64,000 nucleotides of DNA from Bacillus subtilis subsp. subtilis str. 168. GTDB taxonomy: Bacteria > Bacillota > Bacilli > Bacillales > Bacillaceae. Of this stretch, positions 20,774 through 30,029 are shown piece after piece. How positions within the stretch are numbered: the stretch's first letter is position 1; each line of letters starts with the position of its first letter. The DNA lies in the NCBI RefSeq assembly GCF_000009045.1, contig NC_000964.3, forward strand, positions 2,666,001-2,730,000, given 5' to 3'. The notes below the pieces were generated by a model, which was not told the origin of the DNA, ran no database searches, and saw only the letters and a list, made by a program, of their open reading frames with translations. The position numbers and the translations under genes are program-made.

Positions 20774-22302
20774 CTCTTCAAATCCTCCAGAACATCCCGC
20801 ATATCTTTTAATAACCCGATCATATTAGGAGTACCGTTCTTAGATTTAAACAGTGCAGCCAAAGGATCGGAAACGGACGACTCGTTAGTTTTACCAAGCG
20901 GCCTGTTGTATTCTTCTTCTGGCCATTCTTCAAGCGTCTTACCAAGTACCCGTCCAGCCAAATCGCGTAAATCATTCGGAGAAACTGCACCTGCTGTTAT
21001 AAACGGTGTTAGAACCTTAGCAATTTCTAAAGGATCTCTAAAGTCTGGCCCTTTTAGTTGGAGTCGGACTTTATGAATTTCAAGATCATTTAGAAATAAA
21101 GCATTCAGTTTACCTGTGATTAATTTTCGTTCAGGCTGAAATACTTGTTCCTCAGTAATCTTTCTTGCTGTGTCAGCTGTCGCTCTGTTGTAATCTTGAG
21201 CTTCACCTGTATAAAGTGGGGGCAAACGAAAAGCCGATCTAATTTTATCTCGGTTCTTTTGGTCATATTCAAGAAACAAAGCATCTTCTTGAAGGATTTC
21301 AGCAAGTGACTTAATATCAACTTTCACTGGTGCAATCTCTTCATCACCATGAATGTTTTTCCCCTTCGCTATCCCTTCTGCTTCAAGTAATAGAAACTTA
21401 TGAGCGTTCTCCACTCCTTCAAGCCCATTCATGTAATCCTGCAATTGTGTGTATGAGTCCTCAGACAACATTCCATTTTCTATTGTGATGGCAGCGGGAA
21501 TATGTCTTCCTTGTTTGAAGTACATAAAGTTCAGCTCTTCAGCTTTACGAGCACCATACAAATTAACAATATGGCCAATCCATCGCGGTTTCCCATAAAT
21601 ACCGCTTCCTATTTTGAAATGGACCACTTCATTTGCTCGTTTCTCCAATGGGGTCTGTTCATCATATTGACCTGTCTCTAAATTTAAAGTGCGAGGATCA
21701 CCATATTCTTTAAAATAAACCATACGGCCGTCAATCATCTGAACATACTTTCGGAATCGTTTCTCTCTTTTGATTGATTTCATTTGTCCTTGTTCGAAGT
21801 ACGTAAAATCAACTTCGATTGGTTCAGACAGTTTGCAAACTCGTACATTTTGAACGTCCATGTATTCAATGCCGGCTGGCTTATTTTCACCGTTTCGAAT
21901 GACCTCAATAAAGCCATTGCCCGTCTTTTCTCTATCTTCAATAACAAATCCGAGTAAAGTCTCAGCTGACTCATCAAAGTGAAGATATTTAACGAACTCT
22001 TCAAGCTTTGTCCATTCACTTTCAGCTTCTGTTTTTTCTTCATTTGTCACATCTGGCGAATTCACATCAAAAGAATACTCGAAATCAAATCCAAAGCCCA
22101 CAATATTTGTCCTGTAGGCATCAACACATTGCTGTAAGATTGTTGAATACTCAGCAATCATTTTTAATTCCTTTAGGTTATACGGAGGAGGCAAAATATT
22201 GCTGTCATAGCTGTCAGCAAATTCATCTTCATAAATTTGTTTCGTTGATTCAGTAGGTGGAGAGGCTTTGATCACTCGTGCTTTAACAGATTTTTTTGAC
22301 AT
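20770..22302 (-). CDS. yqbA: Portal protein (XkdE-like)
   Basis: 510 aa; between terminase and head morphogenesis genes; SAFRLPP motif. Confidence 0.9.
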   Translation of the reverse strand: MSKKSVKARVIKASPPTESTKQIYEDEFADSYDSNILPPPYNLKELKMIAEYSTILQQCVDAYRTNIVGFGFDFEYSFDVNSPDVTNEEKTEAESEWTKLEEFVKYLHFDESAETLLGFVIEDREKTGNGFIEVIRNGENKPAGIEYMDVQNVRVCKLSEPIEVDFTYFEQGQMKSIKREKRFRKYVQMIDGRMVYFKEYGDPRTLNLETGQYDEQTPLEKRANEVVHFKIGSGIYGKPRWIGHIVNLYGARKAEELNFMYFKQGRHIPAAITIENGMLSEDSYTQLQDYMNGLEGVENAHKFLLLEAEGIAKGKNIHGDEEIAPVKVDIKSLAEILQEDALFLEYDQKNRDKIRSAFRLPPLYTGEAQDYNRATADTARKITEEQVFQPERKLITGKLNALFLNDLEIHKVRLQLKGPDFRDPLEIAKVLTPFITAGAVSPNDLRDLAGRVLGKTLEEWPEEEYNRPLGKTNESSVSDPLAALFKSKNGTPNMIGLLKDMRDVLEDLKR

Positions 22303-22305
22303 GCT

Positions 22306-23607
22306 TTACCTCCTTCCTGGTCTTGATCTTTGCGGTCTTCCTTTTGATTCTTCTTTCAAATCGGTTACCTCATAATCATCGAGAGCGTACCAGATAGCTG
22401 ACAGTGTATGCGGGTCTATGGTGAACTCGTCTTCTATGATGTTCCCCAGCTTATCGGTAGCATAAGCAAGCGGCTTAAGCTCATAAATCGTGTTCTCGCA
22501 ACGATCAGAGCAAATGATCTTCCTGAACCGCTTGATTTTCTTTGTATACTGAAGGCGTGATCCTTGATATTTACGGGCACCCACCATATTGAAACCGTGT
22601 TGCTGAAAATAACGGATTGTCTTTGGCTCTGCTGAATCCGCCTTGATTAATTCCTTAGTCTCTGCAAATTCCTTAAGTTCTTCGGCTGTCTTATCATCCG
22701 TTAATCCATTTTTGTAATACTCCCAGTAGATATAGAGATATTTCTTTTCATGATCCACAGCAACCCTAACGACGGCGTTATACGATTCCACAAAACCAAA
22801 GTCCATGCCAACCCGTTTAAGCGGGCGGTTAATATTAGAGATTGCAGTCATAACCTCTTCATGCGGTCGCTCTTCAAACTGCGGCAGAACCCGAATTCCA
22901 TTCACGCCAAAATGACCTTTCCGCGCAATTCGGTAAAGGTCTGGATCGTATTCCTTCAATTCTTCAAGTTGCTGGACATAGCTTTCTGGCAGGAAAAGAT
23001 TATCATCTGCCGTTGAGTGATGATAATAGGTGTCGTTGCTAACGATTATCCGCTTTTCATAAAGTTCCTTATCATCCAGTACAAAGCGCTTCTCCCTATC
23101 ATCCTTGAAGAAATGCTTAAAAGTCCAATTGTCCTCTCCAACTGGATTTGTTGAAAGTATCATGTGAAGCGGCAATGTCGGGTGACGAAGACGTCCAAGA
23201 AGCTCCTTGAACCCCTCATATTTTACTTCAGAGCATTCCTCAATCCAAATGAGGGAAATATTATTGATTGATTTCAGTTTGGCTGGCTTATCCATCCCTT
23301 TAAAGATGATTCTGCTGCCATTTGAAAATCGAATCTGCATCGGAGAAGATACACATCTAACGATATGATCTAATTTTAGATCACTTACAAGTTCATCAAA
23401 AAGTGAAAATGTTGAGTCCCTATGTGTGTCGTACACTTCTCTGATAACAAGTGCAGTACGCTTTTCTCTGAGCAATTTCAGAACAATCTTGAGCGCCACA
23501 TGATAGCTTTTGGATGATCCATAACCACCCACAAGAAACTGAAACTTTTGATTCCAGTCAAAGAGAAATTCTTTAAAATGTGGATTTACCTGTTTAATCA
23601 CTGTCAT
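22306..23607 (-). CDS. yqaT: Terminase large subunit (PBSX XtmB family)
   Basis: GGYGSSKS Walker A, WIEE Walker B, STNP, GMDFG nuclease motif; start could be 23601, 23607 or 23610. Confidence 0.93.
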
Positions 23608-24313
23608 CACCTTTGTTTACAATGGTGATCTCAAAAGGTTTATCTTCTTCTGTAAGTTCTTCGATCTCTATTTTTTTCTTGTTGATATTTAAGCGCATAT
23701 GCTCCAATTTAAGGCGTCGTTCGTCTTCCGAATGGGCTAATTCATCAAACTGTTTAATTAAATTCCTGAGCTCTGCCATTGCACGAGATTGAGCGTTCAA
23801 GAACGTTGCATGACGATCCCAAGAAAATTGAAATTCGAATTCTTCCTCTTCGACTTCGTTTGTCTCAGATAGCACAGACTTTTTCTTTTTCAGTTCTTTA
23901 ATCATTTCCTGCTTATCAGAAACGAACATGATCTTTTGCGCCCTTATTATTGCGGCATATTGGATCTGTATCTGATCCCATATCATATCGACAGGCGAAC
24001 GTTCTTGAATCCCTTCCATGATGGATAGCGTTTCTTCTGGCAGGAACTTAGAGAAGAATCCATGAGTCACAGCGTTTTGATTTCCCTTAGGTGCGCCGCC
24101 ATTATTACCTAACGCATTCTTGTTACCGAGTGGTGCACCTACTTTTTTTGTGTGCACACCTTTTTTTAAGGGTGCACCCTTTTTTCTTTGCCAACCATGG
24201 CGTTGTTTCCACGATTTAATGGTGTTCACAGATACCCCATATTTCTCGGCAAGGTCCTTGTATTTCATACCTTTGGCGTAATCCTTATACGCCTGTATGT
24301 GCTTATCAACCAT
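23594..24313 (-). CDS. yqaS: Terminase small subunit (XtmA-like)
   Basis: N-terminal HTH ([18 protein letters not shown]), GAPLGNKNA and GNQNAVTHG motifs. Confidence 0.92.
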
Positions 24314-24380
24314 CTACATTCACTGCCGCCTCCTTTTAGATTGAGTTGTTTTGAAAATAAAAAAGCTCCTCAAAAGAAGC

Positions 24381-24851
24381 TTAAATATGTTTTTTTATTA
24401 AATTAGTTATTTCATCAATCAACCGCTCAATATATTCTTGATTGAAGTTCACCTCAATTATTGGATCATCGTTCATAAAACCTCTTAATGCCACTTCAAC
24501 TTCTCTTAAATAATTTATATATTCCTGTAACTTGATATTCAGTTCTTTATCAAAGAGTATTGAAAATTTCTTAACAATCAGTTCAAATGCCGATAGCTCT
24601 TTAAAATAATCAGTATGTAATTTTTCTAAGTATCCTTCTGGGTGATTATAGAACGGTACAAAGGCAGCAGCGGTTTCAATTCTTTTATTGTTAATATTAT
24701 AAATCTCATCAATTAGTATATAGCCTTTTGTGAAAATTTCATTTCCTTTTCTATTCTTCTTTTGTAAAACATAATTAGTTCCACCTGTAAAAAAAACTGC
24801 TGTTATAGCACTAGTAATGACTGTACCAAAATCTATTTGAATCAATTTCAT
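24381..24851 (-). CDS. yqaR: Moron-like AT-rich protein of unknown function
   Basis: 154-156 aa; SD AAGGAGGGG; hairpin AAGCTTCT/AGGAGCTT plus T-run overlaps its stop. Confidence 0.8.
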   Translation of the reverse strand: MKLIQIDFGTVITSAITAVFFTGGTNYVLQKKNRKGNEIFTKGYILIDEIYNINNKRIETAAAFVPFYNHPEGYLEKLHTDYFKELSAFELIVKKFSILFDKELNIKLQEYINYLREVEVALRGFMNDDPIIEVNFNQEYIERLIDEITNLIKKHI

Positions 24852-24988
24852 CCCCTCCTTTTACTAATTATCGGCAAAAGAGAGCGATACAGGTACTATT
24901 CGCAAAATTTGTCGAACGAAACTGTTGTATAAAACCTAAATTTAGTGGTGACGCAGGAATAATTCGCCGCGCCGACCTGCCTCCCATT

Positions 24989-25444
24989 TTACACTACAGA
25001 TTTTTTCAGATTCAACAAACGCTCAAAGTGGCAATCTTGGCATAATTGGCTGATGAACTCATCTTTCATTTTGCGTACAGTTTCCCTTGAAATGCCAAGG
25101 TGAAGACTTATTGCGCGGTAGCTCATACCCTCCATCATGCAATCATAAATGACTTTATGCTGCTCACCATGGATCTTTTCAGCCCCTAATTCAACTGCAT
25201 ATACTCGCTCTTCATAATACTTAAGACGTTTGAAAAGACGTTCCTCTCTCATATCCATTTGCCTTAGCTCAGCCTGACTCTTCCCAGGACTTCCTTTTGG
25301 CATAGTAGCTTCTAATCCATATTGAGCAACACCCCAATTCTTCATGGGAATTACTGAACCATAGAGTACCCTTTGCAATCGACGAACCTCTTTCACCATC
25401 CAGTGATAGCTATTGATTAGATTTTCAATTTCTTTTCGATTCAT
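24989..25444 (-). CDS. yqaQ: Putative late-gene transcriptional activator (ArpU/RinA/Xpf-like, C-terminal sigma-region-4-type HTH)
   Basis: Start ATG 25444 after AAGGAGG; C-terminal MSYRAISLHLGISRETVRK HTH; position just before the packaging genes. Confidence 0.75.
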   Translation of the reverse strand: MNRKEIENLINSYHWMVKEVRRLQRVLYGSVIPMKNWGVAQYGLEATMPKGSPGKSQAELRQMDMREERLFKRLKYYEERVYAVELGAEKIHGEQHKVIYDCMMEGMSYRAISLHLGISRETVRKMKDEFISQLCQDCHFERLLNLKKSVV

Positions 25445-25584
25445 GAAAGTATCCTCCTTTTCAAAATAAAAACGGACACCAAACATACAGCGTAATACTG
25501 TAAGTTCAGTGTCCGCAGGCTTTCCGTCTTGGACTAACTGGATATTTTATGCTTTAATGAATTCACATTACCTAAGGAAAAAAA

Positions 25585-25613
25585 TTCAACTCCCTCCTTA
25601 AATATGGTAAAAT
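25585..25613 (+). promoter_or_regulatory. SigA-like promoter for yqaP
   Basis: TTCAAC - 17 bp - TG-G-TAAAAT. Confidence 0.6.
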
Positions 25614-25641
25614 TTTATTATAAAGTAGTGGAGGTTGTTAT

Positions 25642-26571
25642 ATGAGAGTTAGAGAAATAAAAAATTTACTCGACAATTATAATAAACAAATTGGAGTTAG
25701 TGTTTCGCACGTACCGCACAGCAACAGAAAGACTGTTCTTAATTTACAAAAGTCTTTAGATGCAATTAACGAGTTGTCTAAACTTGGTTTTTTAGATGAT
25801 GATATTGAGAGATTTAAAGATCTAGGAAGTATATATTATTCACGTGTACCTGAAGATAAGATTGAAGTGGATAATCACATCGCTAATCAAATTACTAATC
25901 ATATAAAAATTGTAAAAGAAAAATTACGTGGTTTTGGAATTTTAATTGATCAGTCAGTTTCTGATCAAAATGAGAACGTAATTAGCGTAAAACTCCCTCA
26001 ATACAACTCATTAGAAGAACTAGAAAAATTCATCAAAAAATTAAATAATGCATTTCAGAATGGTATTACCCTTGAGGAAATTAATGGACATTATAAATTA
26101 CAGGGTTTTGACACAGGTTCAATGTGGATTGACATCTTAGTAAACAGTTCAGCTGCAGTAATATTTGTTGGACAACTTATAGATGCAGCTATAAACATTT
26201 CAAAGCGATCTCAAGAATTACTCATTACTAAGGCAAACATCGAAAAGCTAGCTCTTCAAAATGAGCAATTAAAGCTACAAGTCGAAACTTCCAAAGCTTT
26301 GCTAGATGGAATTGAAAAGGGTATTGACACAATAACAGATGCCGAAATAAAAAATGTTACTGAAGGAGCAAATTATTCAACAGAATCAATAGGACATATA
26401 AAACAATCGGTTAAAATCTTTGCAGAATTACTCCATGAAGGTACCCAATTCCACCCATCTTTAGATGCACCTTCTGAAACAGTTGAAGCCTTTCCTGAAC
26501 CCCAAAAGAATTTAGAAGAGCCTCAACAATTATTAGAAACATTAGCTGACAATTTACCTGAACAGGAATAA
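25642..26571 (+). CDS. yqaP: Moron on opposite strand, unknown function (309 aa)
   Basis: ORF track; GGAGG SD; opposite to flanking operon; own promoter and terminator. Confidence 0.88.
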   Translation: MRVREIKNLLDNYNKQIGVSVSHVPHSNRKTVLNLQKSLDAINELSKLGFLDDDIERFKDLGSIYYSRVPEDKIEVDNHIANQITNHIKIVKEKLRGFGILIDQSVSDQNENVISVKLPQYNSLEELEKFIKKLNNAFQNGITLEEINGHYKLQGFDTGSMWIDILVNSSAAVIFVGQLIDAAINISKRSQELLITKANIEKLALQNEQLKLQVETSKALLDGIEKGIDTITDAEIKNVTEGANYSTESIGHIKQSVKIFAELLHEGTQFHPSLDAPSETVEAFPEPQKNLEEPQQLLETLADNLPEQE

Positions 26572-26588
26572 CCTGCACATCCAAGCCG

Positions 26589-26615
26589 AAGGAGGAGATA
26601 TCCTCCTTCTTGTTT
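26589..26615 (+). terminator. yqaP terminator
   Basis: AAGGAGGA-GATA-TCCTCCTT perfect 8-bp stem followed by CTTGTTT. Confidence 0.6.
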
Positions 26616-26644
26616 ACCTTTTTATAAAGTATTATATCTTCTTC

Positions 26645-26851
26645 TCATTTCACCTTAAACCCTATCTCATGATCAACCCTTGCAAAGCTGCCCTTTACAG
26701 TTTGAATCACTGTTTTGCCGTGCTCCGGAGCATCTAAAACATGTGCAGTTCCCTGATTCCCATCTAAAACAATGATCTGAACTTTTCCTGGGTCAATTTT
26801 CTGCTGAATAGTGAAGTCTTTTTTGATGTTTATTTCTCTTGGATTGTACAC
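26645..26851 (-). CDS. yqaO: XtrA/YqaO family protein
   Basis: 68 aa; IIVLDG..GTA...APEHGKT family motif. Confidence 0.85.
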   Translation of the reverse strand: MYNPREINIKKDFTIQQKIDPGKVQIIVLDGNQGTAHVLDAPEHGKTVIQTVKGSFARVDHEIGFKVK

Positions 26852-26932
26852 TCAAAGCGCCCCCTATGTTATGATAGAAGTACCAGTTCATATCAAGAAC
26901 ACTGAGGCTAAGCGCTTCGGTGTTTTTTATTT

Positions 26933-27361
26933 TTAGGCAGAAACCTCTCTTATCATGACTTCCACCCTTGGCTCTTCGCTATAAAACTTACTGACTTTCA
27001 AATCCACAACCTGACTATCATCTTTGTATATCAGATGATTCAAAGCATCTTTCACGCCCTTTACATAATTATCAACGTCGGGCTTTGTAGTCGGCCGCAG
27101 AAGGCCCTTTTCAGCTTTCTCTTTCTTCTTTTTTGAGTTTGAAACTGACTTAGGCATTGGTCTGTACACTTTGACATCCATTGAGACAGGACCAGTAATA
27201 ATTGTTTCTGGTCGATGCTGAGACGCAACCAATGCCACATACTGTTTGAAATACTTTGATTTCGCTGGATCACGCATATGCACCTTCCCATTTCGTATTG
27301 ATCCACGCGGCCTTCCTTGTGCGACTGGCTCACCATAAACAGTGAACTTAATGCAATCCAA
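26933..27361 (-). CDS. yqaN: RusA-family Holliday junction resolvase
   Basis: Start TTG 27361; GEPVAQGRPR and KPDVDNY.K...DAL....YKDDSQV motifs. Confidence 0.9.
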   Translation of the reverse strand: MDCIKFTVYGEPVAQGRPRGSIRNGKVHMRDPAKSKYFKQYVALVASQHRPETIITGPVSMDVKVYRPMPKSVSNSKKKKEKAEKGLLRPTTKPDVDNYVKGVKDALNHLIYKDDSQVVDLKVSKFYSEEPRVEVMIREVSA

Positions 27362-27368
27362 CTGTTCT

Positions 27369-27464
27369 TTACCTCCCGTCAAGCTGTTCCCATAACTTAA
27401 TTTCTTTTTCTATTCTCGGTGCAGAAAGTAAAATTATCAGCAGAGACACGACTGCTTTAAGCAC
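27369..27464 (-). CDS. Small 31-aa ORF with hydrophobic N-terminus
   Basis: GTG start overlaps the upstream stop; MLKAVVSLLIILLSAPRIEKEIKLWEQLDGR*; its end contains the yqaN SD. Confidence 0.5.
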   Translation of the reverse strand: MLKAVVSLLIILLSAPRIEKEIKLWEQLDGR

Positions 27465-27600
27465 TCAGCATCCGCTCCATTTGCTTTATTTTTTCCTCAA
27501 GTAAACGGATTGTTGGTGTAAGATCTTTACCTTCATTTCGATTTGAAGGGCCAAATATATAAAGTCCACCAGTTGCTTTTATATTCGTTTTCTTTTTCAT
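27457..27600 (-). CDS. yqzO: Small 47-49 aa phage protein
   Basis: ATGA overlap with yqaM stop; [47 protein letters not shown]; symbol from recall. Confidence 0.6.
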   Translation of the reverse strand: MKKKTNIKATGGLYIFGPSNRNEGKDLTPTIRLLEEKIKQMERMLSA

Positions 27601-28538
27601 TCCCAATCACCTAACCTATGATTTAATTGCATTCGATCGCCTCTAATAATCACTATGTAATCACGGCACATCTGGTGAATTCGTGAACCAAGAGCCTCGT
27701 CTATATCCAAAATCTCATCGATTGTTAACTCCGAAGAAATCAGCAAAGGTTTGTGATTTAAATACCGGTAGTTCAAGACTGACTGGATTTGTTCAACCTG
27801 CCAGTCTGTTGCCCTTGGTTGACCGTTTATTGGTTTAAATAAATCATCAATGAATAGAACTTCGACCTTTCTCATGGCATCGAGTTTTGCTTCTAAGTTA
27901 TCAAAGTTAGCTTTCAAATCACCCATGCCCTCTACATAAGGGAAATACATGCAGTGTACTGATTTTTTCTTGATCAGATTATTCATAATCGCCGTGAGCA
28001 AATGAGTTTTACCGCTACCTGGCTGTCCAAGTAATGCGATACTGTTTTGCCTTTCTCCTTTGATCTTTTGAAAATCTTTATAGTATTCCACTGCACACTC
28101 ATAAGCGTCCTTGATCATGTCTGGCTTACCGTCCGTTATGAAGTTACCAAAGAGAAGCTTTTCAAACTCTTCTGTAATGCCACTAGCTGCCATGAGTCTG
28201 GCAATTTTCTTTCGTCTTACACATTCACACTGTTTTGAATAAGTATCTTTCCATTCGCTAGCTTTATCCGGCGTACAAACCTTACCTAACAGAAAATCAT
28301 CTTCCGACACCATATCGTCCGGAACCATAAGGTCTAACTGTTCATCTAAATGCCAAGAAGTGTCCTTATGGACTCGATAAACGACAATTCCACGATCCTT
28401 ACAATAAGGACAATCAAATTCAGCCTTTTCTTCTGATACGGCCTGTTTTGTTCCCAAAAAGCGGGCTGACCTTTCCCGAAGTTCCTGCATGATCGTTTGA
28501 AATGCGGTGTCTATACTGACTGCTTTGTTTATAGCCAT
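27597..28538 (-). CDS. yqaM: DnaC/IstB-like helicase loader ATPase (XkdC-like)
   Basis: Start ATG 28538; CPYCKD..CEC Zn motif, GQPGSGKT Walker A, LFIDDL Walker B. Confidence 0.9.
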
Positions 28539-29130
28539 ATTGTTTCTCCTTTCTCTTTTGAGTGAATGGATTTGATAAGATGGCTTGAACATATGACAAA
28601 CTTGCAGCTTTCCCCTTTAATTGAAACGCTGTCTTGATAGCCTCCATCACTTTTTCCTCACCATAATCGTCGACCATGTAGCCGATCCGCTGTGCCTCCA
28701 TCGGGCCGACTGACCGAGCAACTTTGTTTTCATATAGCTCAAAGGCATTTTTCATTTTGTCATCGACCTCCTGATGTTCAATCTGAGCTGGTTCCAAAGC
28801 TTTGTTCTTCATGTAATTTCCTAGTTGTATGTAGTCTGCATAATGAAGTATGGTGACGATGAGCCCTCTTTTTTGTGGAAGACGGTGCAATTTGATATAT
28901 CCCTGTTTCTCCATTCGGTCTAGTGAGTATTTGATCTGTGCAGCTGACCAGTTAAAATCTTTTGCTAGTTCCACAACTTTGATAATGGTCTGCCCAAGTT
29001 CTAGCTCTTGATTTGGCCTGTATTCAGCTCTTTTGAACAAGTGATCATAAATTTTTTCATCCCTAAACTCTTTGAATGGTAGTCGGGGTATGACCACATA
29101 CCCCATTGCTTTTATGTCCAAGTCAATCAC
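28420..29130 (-). CDS. yqaL: Phage replication initiator with DnaD-like domain
   Basis: N-terminal winged helix, C-terminal AFELYEN...SLSYVQAIL DnaD-like domain; overlaps yqaM by 119 nt; alternative start 29106. Confidence 0.8.
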
Positions 29131-29172
29131 CTACTTCCTTTCACAGAGTGCAGTTATGTCAGAGATGCCGGC

Positions 29173-30027
29173 TCAATCAAACGGAAGTTCATCGTCTTTT
29201 ATATCTACAGGCTTGCCGTCAAAAGGATCGGTTTCTTGGGCGCTTGGTTTTTCCGTTTCATCTTTGTTTGAAGGCTCGGAATCGATAATTTCTGAACTGT
29301 CTGCCTCATTGGTAATGTCAATCCGTTCCCTTGTTTCATCTTCCTCAATAACTGCTTTTTGCATTTCAACAGAGAGAATCCCCCACTTGCTCAAAACTGC
29401 TTTTAATACAGTCTTAAGAGCCATCGCATCCCAGTCATTTTTCCATCCAAAATCAGACTTACTGAATTTCTTTTTGTGCTTCTCTACTTGTGCCTTTGTC
29501 CAGTACACTGTTTTTCGGAAGCCATTTATCAACTCAAAATAAGCTGCATAACCAATTACCGCGTCTGATTCTCGTTTTTCAAAATCAATCTCGATCTCCT
29601 CAGTCAACGGATTCCACTTCTGCAATTCGCCTTCATGAATCGGTATGCAATTGATGGATTTATATTGGCCTGTTCGTAAGGCTAGCTGGATATATCCTTT
29701 GTATCCAAGCTGAAATTGAGCCTTACCTCCGTAAGGAACAATCCAGGCATACCCTAAGTTTTTATCTATAGGTAAATCGAGTGTAGCTGCCACCATTGCT
29801 GAGGATATGACGCTCATAGGATCTGTTTTCTGTAGCATCTGCTCGCTGTTATAAAGGCTTAAGATAGAAGCAGTAAACTGTGTAGCCCTCTTCCCTAACA
29901 CTTCCTCAAATCGTTTAATAACAGATGGTGAGGAAAGTAGCCCTTTCATTGTTGCTCCTTGTTGTTGCACAGGTACGTTTTTTTGTTTCTTTTGGATGTT
30001 GTTTTTAATTGATTGATTAGTAGCCAT
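29173..30027 (-). CDS. yqaK: RecT-family single-strand annealing protein
   Basis: LGYAWIVPY...AQFQLGYKGYIQLALRTGQY and W...WDAMALKT motifs. Confidence 0.93.
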   Translation of the reverse strand: MATNQSIKNNIQKKQKNVPVQQQGATMKGLLSSPSVIKRFEEVLGKRATQFTASILSLYNSEQMLQKTDPMSVISSAMVAATLDLPIDKNLGYAWIVPYGGKAQFQLGYKGYIQLALRTGQYKSINCIPIHEGELQKWNPLTEEIEIDFEKRESDAVIGYAAYFELINGFRKTVYWTKAQVEKHKKKFSKSDFGWKNDWDAMALKTVLKAVLSKWGILSVEMQKAVIEEDETRERIDITNEADSSEIIDSEPSNKDETEKPSAQETDPFDGKPVDIKDDELPFD

Positions 30028-30029
30028 AA

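Noticed and set aside
25505-25534. Resemblance of GACGGAAAGCCTGCGG to the c-di-GMP-I (GEMM) riboswitch core
   Set aside because: The upstream GGCAAAC and GNRA-capped helix needed for that riboswitch are absent; kept only as a generic attenuator candidate.
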